The notes below the pieces were generated by a model. That model worked only from the letters and a program-made list of their open reading frames with translations, did not search any database and was not told where the DNA came from. From the NCBI GenBank assembly GCA_035553475.1, contig DATNDQ010000015.1, positions 10,118 to 74,117 of the forward strand: 64,000 bases of DNA, given 5' to 3'. The DNA comes from Gemmatimonadales bacterium (GTDB lineage: Bacteria; Gemmatimonadota; Gemmatimonadetes; Gemmatimonadales; GWC2-71-9). Positions 55,151-64,000 of the stretch are shown one piece after another (position 1 is the stretch's first letter; each line of letters opens with the position of its first letter). The translations under genes and the position numbers were made by a program.

Positions 55151-56214
55151 CAGAAAGTCAGGCTGAAGGAAATGAAGGTCGGATTCGCGCCCAGCAGGTC
55201 GGTATTCTGTACGAACGTGCGCGCGAAGTCGATCGCAATGGAGCCGGTGTGGACCCCCATCCCGATACTGGGACCGGACAATCCCTGCTGCGCAAAGGCA
55301 TAGCCCGATCGGATCCGGATCGTCTCGTGATACCCGACGTCGATACCGAACCGCATTTCCGGTGGCGCGGAATTGTCCCACGGGCGGTCGAGGTCGGCGG
55401 CGAGTCGGATGTCTACCTGGTTGAGGGCTGACGACAAGTCGAGTCTCCCCGAATCGGGAGTGGCGAGCGTCGGGGCGCCTCCCTGGTCGGCGGGATGGAG
55501 ATCGATCCGGTAGAGCGCGCCGAGCGAGAGGCGGGCCGGGAGCGGGTCGGACTGTGCGGCGTTGTTCACCTGCAGCTTGAACCCGATATCCTTCACAGCC
55601 GCACCCAACCGCAGTGCTCCCCCCGATCCGACCGTGACCTGGGTGCCGACGTCGAAGGCATGCGTCAGCGCGTTGCTGCCGTTCGGGAGGCCCGCACAGC
55701 TGCCCTGACAGTCGATGTCGAACTGCACGAGCTTGTACGTCACGCCCACCGAGACGGCGCCGGCGAGAGAGGTCGCGAACGACGCCAGGTACTCCACGTT
55801 TCGCGGGAAGATCTTCGCGATCGCGCTCAGGCTGTCGGTCCCGACGTCCTGTTCGCCGTAGTCGAGGAGAAACACGCCCACCCCGAAGGTGCCGATGCCC
55901 CGCCGCGGCACGAACATCGTGATGGCGGTGCCGGGTCCGGCCACGAAGTTCGCGCTGGAGACCGCGAACTCGGCTGCCGGCAAACTGGCGAGGCCGGCGG
56001 GGTTCCAGAACACGGACTCGCCGCGGCCCTGGAGGGTCACGCCGGCCTGCCCCATGCCAACGCTCTGCGCACCGATGGGGAGCAACATGAAGAGCGCCCC
56101 GGCATTCGTGAGTTGGGGCGAAGACGTGTCCGCCTGAGCCGCGAGCGTGGACCACCCGGCAGTGGCCAGGAAGGCGGCGAGCGCGAGGGCCTCTCTAGAT
56201 CGGCTTCGCTTCAT
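55150..56214 (-). CDS. Outer-membrane beta-barrel protein, PorV/PorQ-like
   Basis: ORF 55150..56214. A signal peptide ending TLAAQA is followed by [41 protein letters not shown], resembling the PorV/PorQ (and FadL-like) N-terminal signature. Alternating beta-strand pattern, ending ISFSLTF. Confidence 0.5.
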   Translation of the reverse strand: MKRSRSREALALAAFLATAGWSTLAAQADTSSPQLTNAGALFMLLPIGAQSVGMGQAGVTLQGRGESVFWNPAGLASLPAAEFAVSSANFVAGPGTAITMFVPRRGIGTFGVGVFLLDYGEQDVGTDSLSAIAKIFPRNVEYLASFATSLAGAVSVGVTYKLVQFDIDCQGSCAGLPNGSNALTHAFDVGTQVTVGSGGALRLGAAVKDIGFKLQVNNAAQSDPLPARLSLGALYRIDLHPADQGGAPTLATPDSGRLDLSSALNQVDIRLAADLDRPWDNSAPPEMRFGIDVGYHETIRIRSGYAFAQQGLSGPSIGMGVHTGSIAIDFARTFVQNTDLLGANPTFISFSLTF

Positions 56215-56365
56215 CCACCAGCATGACCGGGATGTCGTCTTCGACGGGGTACGACAACCGGCACGCGGGACACGTCAGCGTTTCCGCGGGCGCGGTCCGG
56301 TGCTCGAGGGGCCCTTTGCACTTCGGACAGACGAGGATGGCGAGCAGGTCGGGAGAGAGACTCAT
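56195..56365 (-). CDS. Trm112/UPF0434 family small zinc-ribbon protein
   Basis: ORF 56195..56413 trimmed to ATG 56365, which overlaps the era stop. The sequence is [22 protein letters not shown]...[24 protein letters not shown]. Confidence 0.8.
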   Translation of the reverse strand: MSLSPDLLAILVCPKCKGPLEHRTAPAETLTCPACRLSYPVEDDIPVMLVDEAKPI

Positions 56366-57210
56366 CCTATGGAGTACCCCAGGCGCTTGAGGGAAGATGC
56401 ATCCGCGCGCCACCGCGGCATCACCTTCACGTGAAGATCGAGGAAGACCGGTTGACCGGTGAGGGCTTCAATGCGTTCCCGGGCCTTCTGGCCGATGGCT
56501 TTGATCACCTTCCCGCCGGCCCCGATCACCATGCCCTTCTGGCTGTCGCGTTCCACATAGACCGTTGCCCGAATATATACCGGCGTTTCAGACTCCCGGA
56601 ATTCATCCACGTCGCACGCCAAGCTGTACGGCAACTCCTCCCGCAACTCGCCGAAAGCGGCCTCGCGAACGAATTCCGCGGCGAAGAACCGGAGGGGTTG
56701 GGTGGCGAGGTCGTCGTCAGGATAAAGGAAAGGGCTTTCGGGCAGGTGTGCGGCGAGGGCGTCGCGAAGGCCGTCGACACCGGCGCCGGTGGTGGCGGAG
56801 ATCGCGACCCCGCCAGCGGGGGGCGCGACGGTCGGACGCAGGTCGCCCTTCGTGTACACGGTGACCACGGGCGCGCGCGGCGGCTTGGGGAGGCCGGCAA
56901 CCTCGACGAGCGGCGGCGCGTCCCCATCCCCGAGGGGATGGAGATAGGCGATGACGTCCGCGTCCGCGAGGGTCGCGAGGGCCGCGGCGCGCATGACCTC
57001 CTGCAGCCGGTACTCCGGGTCGAGGAGGCCGGGCGTATCGGTGAAGATGAACTGCGTATCGGCGGTCGTGACGAGGCCGACTACGGGCAGACGGGTCGAT
57101 TGGGGTTTGGGTGAGACGATGGCCAAGTGCTGGCCGACGAAGGCATTGAGGAGGGTCGACTTGCCGACGTTGGGCCGGCCGACCAAAGCGACGATACCGC
57201 ATCGAGTCAT
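56362..57210 (-). CDS. era: GTPase Era
   Basis: ORF 56362..57219 (TTG) trimmed to ATG 57210 ([22 protein letters not shown]). It has DTPG and TKGD-type G motifs and a C-terminal KH domain ([19 protein letters not shown]). Confidence 0.93.
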   Translation of the reverse strand: MTRCGIVALVGRPNVGKSTLLNAFVGQHLAIVSPKPQSTRLPVVGLVTTADTQFIFTDTPGLLDPEYRLQEVMRAAALATLADADVIAYLHPLGDGDAPPLVEVAGLPKPPRAPVVTVYTKGDLRPTVAPPAGGVAISATTGAGVDGLRDALAAHLPESPFLYPDDDLATQPLRFFAAEFVREAAFGELREELPYSLACDVDEFRESETPVYIRATVYVERDSQKGMVIGAGGKVIKAIGQKARERIEALTGQPVFLDLHVKVMPRWRADASSLKRLGYSIG

Positions 57211-57220
57211 GAACAACAAA

Positions 57221-57247
57221 AGGCGTCAAGAGACGAGGCGTCAAGAG
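57221..57247. repeat. Tandem 12-bp direct repeat AGGCGTCAAGAG (x2, 3-bp spacer) just upstream of era
   Basis: Read from the sequence. On the - strand each copy reads CTCTTGACGCCT and contains a TTGACG -35-like hexamer. It sits in the 40-nt gap between the giant surface protein stop (57251) and the era ATG (57210). Confidence 0.6.
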
Positions 57248-57250
57248 TAG

Positions 57251-60200
57251 TTAAGGCCAGTTCACCGTCACCGTCCCGGAGGTAAAGGTGAAGGTCGGCC
57301 CATCGGTGACGTTGGTCGACGTGATGGTGACCACGATGCTGCCCGTAGTTGCCCCGACTCCGAGGTAATGCCCCGTGTCGCCGGCGGTCAGCGGCACGAA
57401 CGTCAGGTTGTTCAGTGTCACCGTCCGCGCGGGCCCTGACCCGCCGAAGAGGACGAGCTCGAGCTGGTAGTGGGAGGGATAGAACGGATTCGACCCTCCC
57501 ACCGCTCCGTTGAACGTCACGTTGTCGACCTGCTCGGAGAGCCCGAGGCTCGTTTCCTGCGCGATCAAGCTCGACTCCTGGACGTTCAGTCCGTTGATCA
57601 GGAGCTGGCCCGCAGTGATGGATCGGCCAAGCCCGTAGAGGAGCGGGATCGGACCACCCCCGGGCTGCGAGATGAGCGCGCCGTGCACCGGGAGGCCGTT
57701 GACGTCGAACTGGATGTTGATCCCGGCCGTGTGCGAGATGTCGAGATCCTGGAACGCCGAGCCCGGCACGTTGACGAAGGAAATGGTCTGGAGCGCAGTT
57801 CCGTTGAACACGGTCCGGTGCGTCCCGCTGGCGACGAAGGCCGCGGGATCCCCTCCCCCGCCCTGATTGAAGTTCCCCGCCACCCGGAGCTCGCCCGCCG
57901 TCAGAAGACCCGTCTCGTTGCCGCCGGCGAAAAAGATCCCGCCCCCATCGATCACGAGATCGCTCGCGTTGGTCATGACAAGCAGGCCGCCACTCTGAGT
58001 GGTGAACCCCGATACGCTCAACGTCTGACCGGCGATCGTCAGCTCGGCCCCCGAGCCGATGACATCGACGCTGTACGCCGTTGACGCACCGGTCAGGGAC
58101 GGCTCATTGGCCGCGGGACCCACGGTCACGGCATCGCCCGCACCCGGGACGCCGGGCGGACTCCAGTTGGAGGGATTGTTCCAGTCGGTCGACACGGCCC
58201 CCGTCCAGGTCTTCCCCGTGGCGTTCCCCGTGGCGGTGAACGTCACCGGATTGCCGCTGATGTTGGGGAGCGCCACCGTCGCCGAGAGGGTGTTGGTGCC
58301 GGGCGCCGATCCCAACGTCCACCCGCCCACCTGGGCGATCCCCGACGCGTTCGTGACCACCGTCGTCGGATCCGTGAGGCTTCCACCGCCCGAGGTGACC
58401 GCGAAGGTGACGGACGCGCCGGCGATAGGGTGGCCGGCGGCGTCGAGCACTTGAACGGCGGGTGCCACCGGCACTGCGGTGCCGGCCGGTGCTGACTGCC
58501 CGTCTCCTTGGGATGCGGAGACGCTTGGTCCCGCCACGGTCAGGAGCAGACCGACCGGTGAGTAGGTCGTCTGCCACTGCAATCCCGCCGGAAGCGCCGG
58601 CAGCTGGAGCGTACCGAACGCGCCGGAGAAGGAACCCCAGATCACGGGGCCAAAGGTGTCCCCGCGATTGGGGGTGTAGCCCAGCCTGACGCGCAGCGTG
58701 TCCCCGAGCGTCGCGGTTCCGGTGATGCCAAGGGCGTCCTGCTGAGCGGAGCTGGGGCCGTCCAGATCGATGAGCACCACCGAACCACTCGCCAACGTGA
58801 CATTCCCGGAGATCGCCATCTGGTCCGTGACCCCGGCTCCCCCGATGCCGGGGGCCAGTGTGCCATGATTCACCAGGCTGGTCGCGTTGGTCACGTTCAG
58901 CACGCCACCCTGATCGCCCTGGATGGTGCCGTTGTTCACCGCGGTGCGCGTTCCGACGGTGTCGATGGCCAGGACGACGTTGACCTCACCCCCACCGTTG
59001 TTTTCGAGGCGGATGACGCCGTCGTTGCGGAGACTGCCGACGAGCACGGCGGCGTCGACGTCCAGCGTATCGCCCGTGTGAACGACCACCCCTCCGGGGA
59101 TCTCGGCCGCACCGGAGAAGAAGACGACGGCGGCCACCGGACCCGCCGGGGCGCCGATGGTGAGGCCGCCCACGCTGGTCCCGCTGTTGGTCACCACGTA
59201 GGTACCGGCGGCGTCGATCACCGCCGTGTCCGTCGACGTGGGTACCCGCGCGGGATTCCAGTTGGCCGCGGTACCCCAGGCGCCACCTGCCGTGTTGATC
59301 CAATGGACGACATGCGAGCCGCCGGCTGACGTCACGGTAACCACCGATGTCGATACGACCGCGGGCGTGCCGTCGATGCTGGCCGTCACGGTCAGCGTCG
59401 TGCCCGCCGCCGTGCCGACGAACTCGGTGGTGTAGGTCCCATTTCCATGATCCACAACAGACCGGAGCGTGCCCACACTTGAGCCGCCGGAGACCGCGAA
59501 CGTGATGGTATGCCCGCCGGCAGTGAGGAGATTCCCCGCCGCGTCCTTGGTGAGGAGGGTAAAGAGCGACGAGTCTCCGACGGCGACGCTCTCCGGCACG
59601 GCGGTCACTACGGATGTGAGCCGCGACGGAGCTCCCGGGGTGACGGTGACCGAGTCGATGGCGGCCACCCCCTGTACCGTGGCGGTCACAGCGGTCTTCC
59701 CGACGGTATCGCCGGTGACGAGACCACTCGCGTTGACCGCGGCCACACCCGTGACGCTGGAGCTCCAGACGATCGGCTTGCCGGCCAGCACGGTCCCCAG
59801 CGAGTTCTTCACCGTGGCGGTGAGCTGCTGGGCAGCTCCCGAGGCGAGGGTCACCGGACTCGGCGACAGCGTCACAGTGGCCACCAGCGTGTCGGTCCCC
59901 GGGGTGACCTGAATCGTGGGCAGCGGAGTGGTCACCTGCACCGTGCCGATGGAGGCCTTGACGGTGTCCGGTGTTCCGTGAGAGGTACCCGTGAAGAAGG
60001 CGGTATAGCTGCCGTTCGCGTGATCGGTCACCGCACCGATGAGACCGAGGCTGGTTCCGCCGGTGGTCGAGAACGTGACGCTGTCCCCGCCCGCGGTCCG
60101 CGCGTTCCCCGCCGCATCCTTCGTGCTGAGCGTGAACGTCACGGCATCCCCGGCCGGTATCGTCGGCGCCGAGACGGCGATGATCGACGTGGATGGAGAG

Positions 60201-60832
60201 GCCGGTCCCGGGACGACGGTGACCGAGTCGGTGCCGCTCTTTCCACCGGCGGCGGCGGTGATAACCGCCTTGCCCACCAGGTGACCCGTCACGAGACCGG
60301 TCCCGTTCACCGAAGCGATCGTGGAGTCGCTCGAGCCCCACACCACCGGCACCGGGAGCGGATTTCCGGCCGAGTCCCGAGGCGTGGCCGTCAGCTGTTG
60401 GGTCGATCCGGAGGCGATCGTCGGTGCGACCGGTGTCACAGAGACCGTCGCCACGCTGCCGCTCGGCAGCACGGTGACGCTGACAGTGGCGCTGAAGGTT
60501 CCGAAGTCTCCGGTGACATCGGCGATGATCTGGGCGGTCCCCGTACTGTCGGCAGTCACCTTGCCGGTACCGTCGACCGTCGCGACGGGCGGGTTGGCGC
60601 TGCTCCACTGAAGCTGGACTCCCGCGGGGAGTCCACTGAAGGACGAATCGAGTTGATCCAGCAGGGTGGCAGTGATCGGGGCGCTCTGCCCCGGGCTCAG
60701 GGTGAGCTGTGTCGGTGACAGCTGAATGCCCCGGACCGCGCGCTCCCCGGGCGCAAATACGTAGTCCGCGCAGGCTACGCCCACCAGCGATGCGCTGAGG
60801 AGGGCCGCCATTCCCCGCCGGGACAGGCTCAA
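57251..60832 (-). CDS. Giant cell-surface (lipo)protein with multiple Ig-like (Big_2 / invasin-like) domains and a C-terminal beta-helix-like region
   Basis: ORF 57251..60832 (1193 aa). The signal peptide ends LVGVAC. It has Big_2-like units (e.g. VSVTPVAPTIASGSTQQLTATPRDSAGNPL...SSDSTIASVNGTGLVTGHLVGKAVITA), invasin-like Ig units (FTLSTKDAAGNARTAGGDSVTF...NGSYTAFFTGT), and two W..NW modules (WGTAANWNPARVP, WNNPSNWSPPGVP) like autotransporter-associated beta-strand repeats. Confidence 0.75.
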   Translation of the reverse strand: MSLSRRGMAALLSASLVGVACADYVFAPGERAVRGIQLSPTQLTLSPGQSAPITATLLDQLDSSFSGLPAGVQLQWSSANPPVATVDGTGKVTADSTGTAQIIADVTGDFGTFSATVSVTVLPSGSVATVSVTPVAPTIASGSTQQLTATPRDSAGNPLPVPVVWGSSDSTIASVNGTGLVTGHLVGKAVITAAAGGKSGTDSVTVVPGPASPSTSIIAVSAPTIPAGDAVTFTLSTKDAAGNARTAGGDSVTFSTTGGTSLGLIGAVTDHANGSYTAFFTGTSHGTPDTVKASIGTVQVTTPLPTIQVTPGTDTLVATVTLSPSPVTLASGAAQQLTATVKNSLGTVLAGKPIVWSSSVTGVAAVNASGLVTGDTVGKTAVTATVQGVAAIDSVTVTPGAPSRLTSVVTAVPESVAVGDSSLFTLLTKDAAGNLLTAGGHTITFAVSGGSSVGTLRSVVDHGNGTYTTEFVGTAAGTTLTVTASIDGTPAVVSTSVVTVTSAGGSHVVHWINTAGGAWGTAANWNPARVPTSTDTAVIDAAGTYVVTNSGTSVGGLTIGAPAGPVAAVVFFSGAAEIPGGVVVHTGDTLDVDAAVLVGSLRNDGVIRLENNGGGEVNVVLAIDTVGTRTAVNNGTIQGDQGGVLNVTNATSLVNHGTLAPGIGGAGVTDQMAISGNVTLASGSVVLIDLDGPSSAQQDALGITGTATLGDTLRVRLGYTPNRGDTFGPVIWGSFSGAFGTLQLPALPAGLQWQTTYSPVGLLLTVAGPSVSASQGDGQSAPAGTAVPVAPAVQVLDAAGHPIAGASVTFAVTSGGGSLTDPTTVVTNASGIAQVGGWTLGSAPGTNTLSATVALPNISGNPVTFTATGNATGKTWTGAVSTDWNNPSNWSPPGVPGAGDAVTVGPAANEPSLTGASTAYSVDVIGSGAELTIAGQTLSVSGFTTQSGGLLVMTNASDLVIDGGGIFFAGGNETGLLTAGELRVAGNFNQGGGGDPAAFVASGTHRTVFNGTALQTISFVNVPGSAFQDLDISHTAGINIQFDVNGLPVHGALISQPGGGPIPLLYGLGRSITAGQLLINGLNVQESSLIAQETSLGLSEQVDNVTFNGAVGGSNPFYPSHYQLELVLFGGSGPARTVTLNNLTFVPLTAGDTGHYLGVGATTGSIVVTITSTNVTDGPTFTFTSGTVTVNWP

Positions 60833-62535
60833 AAGCTTCTCGCGAGAGACATGATGAAGAACGATTCCTGAAACGCGGGCTGATTCCCGATGGCGCCGTA
60901 CCGGGTGTGCCGGGCCTGCAGGGAGAGGCGGGAATCCCAGAAGAGCGGGTAGTCCGCCTGCGCGGTGAGCCCGAAGACGTGGCGTCCGTTGCTGAAGGTC
61001 TGGGTCAAGCCGCCGGACGTGCGGAGCGAGCCCGTCCGGTATTGTGCGCGGGCTCCCAGGTAGATGTTCTGCTGGGTGGGTGCTCCCGTGTTCTGGATGA
61101 CGGCGAGGGACGCCGTGGGCGCAAGGCTGAGCGCCTTGGTGATCGGAATCTGGACCGACGTCGCCAGGTTGTGGACCGTCACGCCCGGGATCTGGGTGAC
61201 GATGTTGTCGTCCGCCGTGTGCTGCAGGGCATACGACAGGCTGATCGTGGACGGCCGGCCAAAGAGTCGGGACTGAATGGACGCGTTGGTCGACAGAGCG
61301 AACGAGCGGTTGTCGATCTTGAACGTATCGACCGCGGCGTCGTTGGCGATGACGTTGTCCATCGCGGTGACGGACAGGGTGAGTGTCCGGCCGAGCAGCA
61401 TCGATGCGGTGCCCATCACGGCGTCGCGATCGGTGGTGGCCGTCTTCTGATGCAGCAGGTTGTCGTTCTGGTGCTGGTATTGCCCCTGGAGGGTCAACTG
61501 GCCCTGGAGCAGGCGGAGCGTGCCGCCCAGGTCGATGGCGCGCCGATCATTGATGAGGTAGGAGAGGCCCAACGACTGATATCCCGCCCCGACGTACTCG
61601 TAGCCGCCGCGAATGCTGGCGCGTCCGAGGTTCGCATCTGCCTGCACATGGTAGGCGAAGTCGCCGGACGTCGACAGCCGCAGGGGGATCAAGTCGTTGA
61701 GCAGGCTCCCCGACGCGACGCTGCCCGGGTTCACCGCGGGACTCGACTGATCACCGGTGGTGAGCGCGCCCGCCGCCTCGGCTTTGACCGTCACCTTGTT
61801 CGCGAGCAGCTGCAGCTGCCCGCGCGTGCCGACCACCAGGTTTTCCTCGGGCCGGGTTTCGACCTTGGGACGGAGGGCGGGCGGAATCGTGTCGAGCAGC
61901 AGCGTGTCCGCGAGCAGGCTCGGGAGCGAGGACGCATCGTCCTTCGCCTTGACGACCATCACGTCGACAAACGACGCCCCTTCCTTGCCAACCCCAATCG
62001 ATGCGGCGAAGAGGTTCCGCTTGTAGGCGAGATCTCCCAGCCCGCCCGACACCGTGCGCTGCGATTGCCCGCCCTGGACGGAGATGCGGAGAAGTCCGGG
62101 GCGCAGGTCGACACCCGCCCCGCGCACCTGCGTCCCCTGGACCGTATAGGTGGAGTAGTTGTCGGTGAAATCGCCGAGGTGGAACGTCGCCCAGCCGATT
62201 CGGGGATTGAGACCGAGCTGGCCGATGTTCTGACGGAACTGGCTCCCCTCCGAAGACAACAGGACGCTTACGCCGATGTTGAATTCGCCGAACACCAGCA
62301 GGTTGGGATTCATCCCGATCTGCCAGGACTCTCCCGGACGGCGTGAGGCGATCCCGTTCACCCCGTAGAGCTGCTCCGTGAGCGTCATCTCACCGGTGAA
62401 GCGCGCCGGGAAGTAGCTCGTCGGGGTCGGGAACCCGGGAGCGGGACTCGGCGGCGGAGGCGTGGTGGGTGTCTGGGATGCCGCGACCTGCGCGGCCAGT
62501 GAGAGCCCGCAGATGACCGCGAAGCGATGGCTCAT
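60829..62535 (-). CDS. Large outer-membrane beta-barrel protein (family not recognised)
   Basis: ORF 60829..62535 (568 aa). The signal peptide MSHRFAVICGLSLAAQVAASQ and a Pro-rich linker are followed by pervasive alternating hydrophobic beta-strand pattern and a C-terminal aromatic residue (LARSF). Confidence 0.6.
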   Translation of the reverse strand: MSHRFAVICGLSLAAQVAASQTPTTPPPPSPAPGFPTPTSYFPARFTGEMTLTEQLYGVNGIASRRPGESWQIGMNPNLLVFGEFNIGVSVLLSSEGSQFRQNIGQLGLNPRIGWATFHLGDFTDNYSTYTVQGTQVRGAGVDLRPGLLRISVQGGQSQRTVSGGLGDLAYKRNLFAASIGVGKEGASFVDVMVVKAKDDASSLPSLLADTLLLDTIPPALRPKVETRPEENLVVGTRGQLQLLANKVTVKAEAAGALTTGDQSSPAVNPGSVASGSLLNDLIPLRLSTSGDFAYHVQADANLGRASIRGGYEYVGAGYQSLGLSYLINDRRAIDLGGTLRLLQGQLTLQGQYQHQNDNLLHQKTATTDRDAVMGTASMLLGRTLTLSVTAMDNVIANDAAVDTFKIDNRSFALSTNASIQSRLFGRPSTISLSYALQHTADDNIVTQIPGVTVHNLATSVQIPITKALSLAPTASLAVIQNTGAPTQQNIYLGARAQYRTGSLRTSGGLTQTFSNGRHVFGLTAQADYPLFWDSRLSLQARHTRYGAIGNQPAFQESFFIMSLARSF

Positions 62536-63122
62536 CGGCTGGCTCCTAGACGAGCGGATACTTCTACTTCATGGTCCCGCAGAATGGCGGATGCGGGAAG
62601 CCGAATCCGGAGCCGGCGGATCTGGTCGAGCAGGAGCGTGAGCGCTCCCTCCCGCTCACTGAGACGCTGGAGGGCCCGGAACGAGGAATCGTCTTCGGGT
62701 GACAGGTCGAGGGCGCGCGCATACGCGTCCAATGCTTCCTTGAAGCGGTTCAGCTTCTCCAGCAGCCTTCCTCGCGTCCGTTGCAGCTCGAGGTCATCTG
62801 GCGACAGCCGAACCAGCTGTTCGATCTCCCCGAGCGCCGCGTCCGTGAGGCCCTCGCGCTCATCCCGGCGAGCGGCATATCGGGTGAGGAGCGGACTTCC
62901 GGGGAACGCCAGTCGCAGCTGGTCCAGCTCTGCCCCGCCCCACGAAGTCGCGAAGACCATTGAGTCGAGTGCCGGTCGCACGTCTGCGAGAAGTCGTACC
63001 GACGTGGTATCGGCCCTGCGAACCTGCTCGAGAGCGGCAAGATCGCCCCATACTCTGCGGCGCAGCGCGAGACTGGAGGAGTCCTGCAACAGTAGAACGG
63101 CAAGCAGGAGGGAGTGGATCAT
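62532..63122 (-). CDS. Small secreted TPR-like helical protein
   Basis: ORF 62532..63122. It has an N-terminal hydrophobic leader MIHSLLLAVLLLQ and TPR-like helices (LLEKLNRFKEALDAYARALDLSPED). Confidence 0.55.
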   Translation of the reverse strand: MIHSLLLAVLLLQDSSSLALRRRVWGDLAALEQVRRADTTSVRLLADVRPALDSMVFATSWGGAELDQLRLAFPGSPLLTRYAARRDEREGLTDAALGEIEQLVRLSPDDLELQRTRGRLLEKLNRFKEALDAYARALDLSPEDDSSFRALQRLSEREGALTLLLDQIRRLRIRLPASAILRDHEVEVSARLGASR

Positions 63123-64000
63123 CGAGCCACCGCGACCGGGCTCGCCGCCGACTCGTTCCCGGACCGGTCGACCGCTCGCACCGTATAGAAGAGTCCGGCG
63201 TGTCCCGTGGAATCGGTGAACGACAGGAGTGACACTGGGGCGCGCGTGAGCCTGCGATACACTCCGGTCGGGAGGCTCGACCGGTACACGTTGTATCCGG
63301 TGAGCTCCAAGCTCACGACGCGCTCCCAGCGCACTTCCACTCCCCCGGTCACCGCCCGGGCGCCCGCTGCGCGAGGTTGGGGTGGTGGGACGACCTCGAG
63401 GAACAGCACGCTATCGGTTGTTGCCGCACTCACGTTGCCGGCACTGTCGATGGCGGTGAGGTGGTAGACGTATCGCCGGCCATGGGCGACCAGCGTGTCG
63501 TGCCATTCTCGTACTGATGCCGGGAAGCGATGAAGGGCGCGGGTGCCCGTATCGGCGGCCCCGCCCGTCCGCGTCAGGGCATACCACTGCACGTCACGGG
63601 AGGCGGTCGCGGACCAGGAGACCAGGACATACCGGCCCTCGACATTGGTGGACGACAGGGCCGAGGGTGGCGTGGGCGGCTGGTCATCGGGGATGGCGAT
63701 AGACGCTTCGACCCCCGGGGACTCGTTGTACGACGAGTCGACGGCCGAGACCCGAATGACGTAGCGGCCGCCGGGATTCAATCCCTTGTCGGCCGCGCCG
63801 GAATCGACGAACGCCGTGGTCCTCACGGGCCGGCCGGTCAATCGCACTCGACTCGCACCCTCGCCGTGATAGACGTAGTAGCCTCGCAGGTCTTTCGAGG
63901 GCGATGGCGCCCAATGGGCCGCAATCCGGTGCTGGGCCGTGGTCAGCGCGAGCGCCGTCGGAGCTATGGGTGGTGTCTTGTCGGACGGCAGCGCCGCCAC
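63119..64000 (-). CDS. Fibronectin type III repeat protein (partial; N-terminus lies beyond the window edge)
   Basis: ORF 63119..64000 is open to the window end. It has three FN3-like units, each with a Y.VY(H/R) strand and a (A/S)(V/I)D.(S/A)(Y/G)NES ending (SAVDSSYNES, TAIDSAGNVS, RAVDRSGNES). Confidence 0.7.
   Translation of the reverse strand: MAALPSDKTPPIAPTALALTTAQHRIAAHWAPSPSKDLRGYYVYHGEGASRVRLTGRPVRTTAFVDSGAADKGLNPGGRYVIRVSAVDSSYNESPGVEASIAIPDDQPPTPPSALSSTNVEGRYVLVSWSATASRDVQWYALTRTGGAADTGTRALHRFPASVREWHDTLVAHGRRYVYHLTAIDSAGNVSAATTDSVLFLEVVPPPQPRAAGARAVTGGVEVRWERVVSLELTGYNVYRSSLPTGVYRRLTRAPVSLLSFTDSTGHAGLFYTVRAVDRSGNESAASPVAVAR

Noticed and set aside
58986-60608. 540-aa alternative-frame - strand ORF inside the giant surface protein gene (also 58104..58577).
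   Set aside because: It is Arg/Gly/His-rich with no signal peptide or domains. The 57251..60832 frame shows coherent Ig-like repeats across the same DNA.

Overview
Very GC-rich bacterial chromosome segment. The gene content points to a diderm of the Gemmatimonadota/FCB-like type: a fused lpxC-fabZ, a bamA-skp-lpx cluster, lolCDE, bshC and a PorV-like barrel. This taxonomic placement is inference only. About 60 tightly packed CDS and 2 tRNAs are supported. I found no rRNA, CRISPR array, transposase, integrase or prophage genes. Genes at 84-10292 are all on the + strand and form an envelope glycan-modification operon ending in dapF. Every gene from 10372 to 64000 is on the - strand. Exactly at that switch lies a 28-bp dif-like XerC/D site, so the window probably spans the replication terminus. 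The - strand block is mostly housekeeping genes:
- acyP, dedA, pcm, surE, gpsA, plsY, der
- two paralogous TPR proteins around a ClC channel and tRNA-Gly
- larC, thrC-like, uvrC, murJ, bshC, rlmH, gdhA
- the lipid A/outer-membrane cluster lpxK-lpxB-(Gfo/Idh/MocA)-lpxA-lpxC/fabZ-lpxD-skp-bamA
- mcsA-mcsB-clpC, lolCDE, lysS, and prfB with its +1 frameshift

The less ordinary parts are:
- a GT2 + UPF0104 + YfhO-like extracytoplasmic glycosylation module
- a GnnA-like oxidoreductase inside the lpx cluster
- a Firmicute-style McsAB-ClpC module coupled to bamA
- a pseudo-receiver/GGDDF cyclase-like protein next to a zinc-ribbon/Pro-Ala-rich protein
- a terminal four-gene surface module of FN3 protein, TPR protein, large beta-barrel and a 1193-aa Ig-like lipoprotein

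I do not see a clear-cut defence or biosynthetic novelty. All family calls come from motifs recognised by eye, with no database search. The ORF track prints GTG/TTG starts as M and takes the most upstream start, so several starts were trimmed by hand and remain uncertain.
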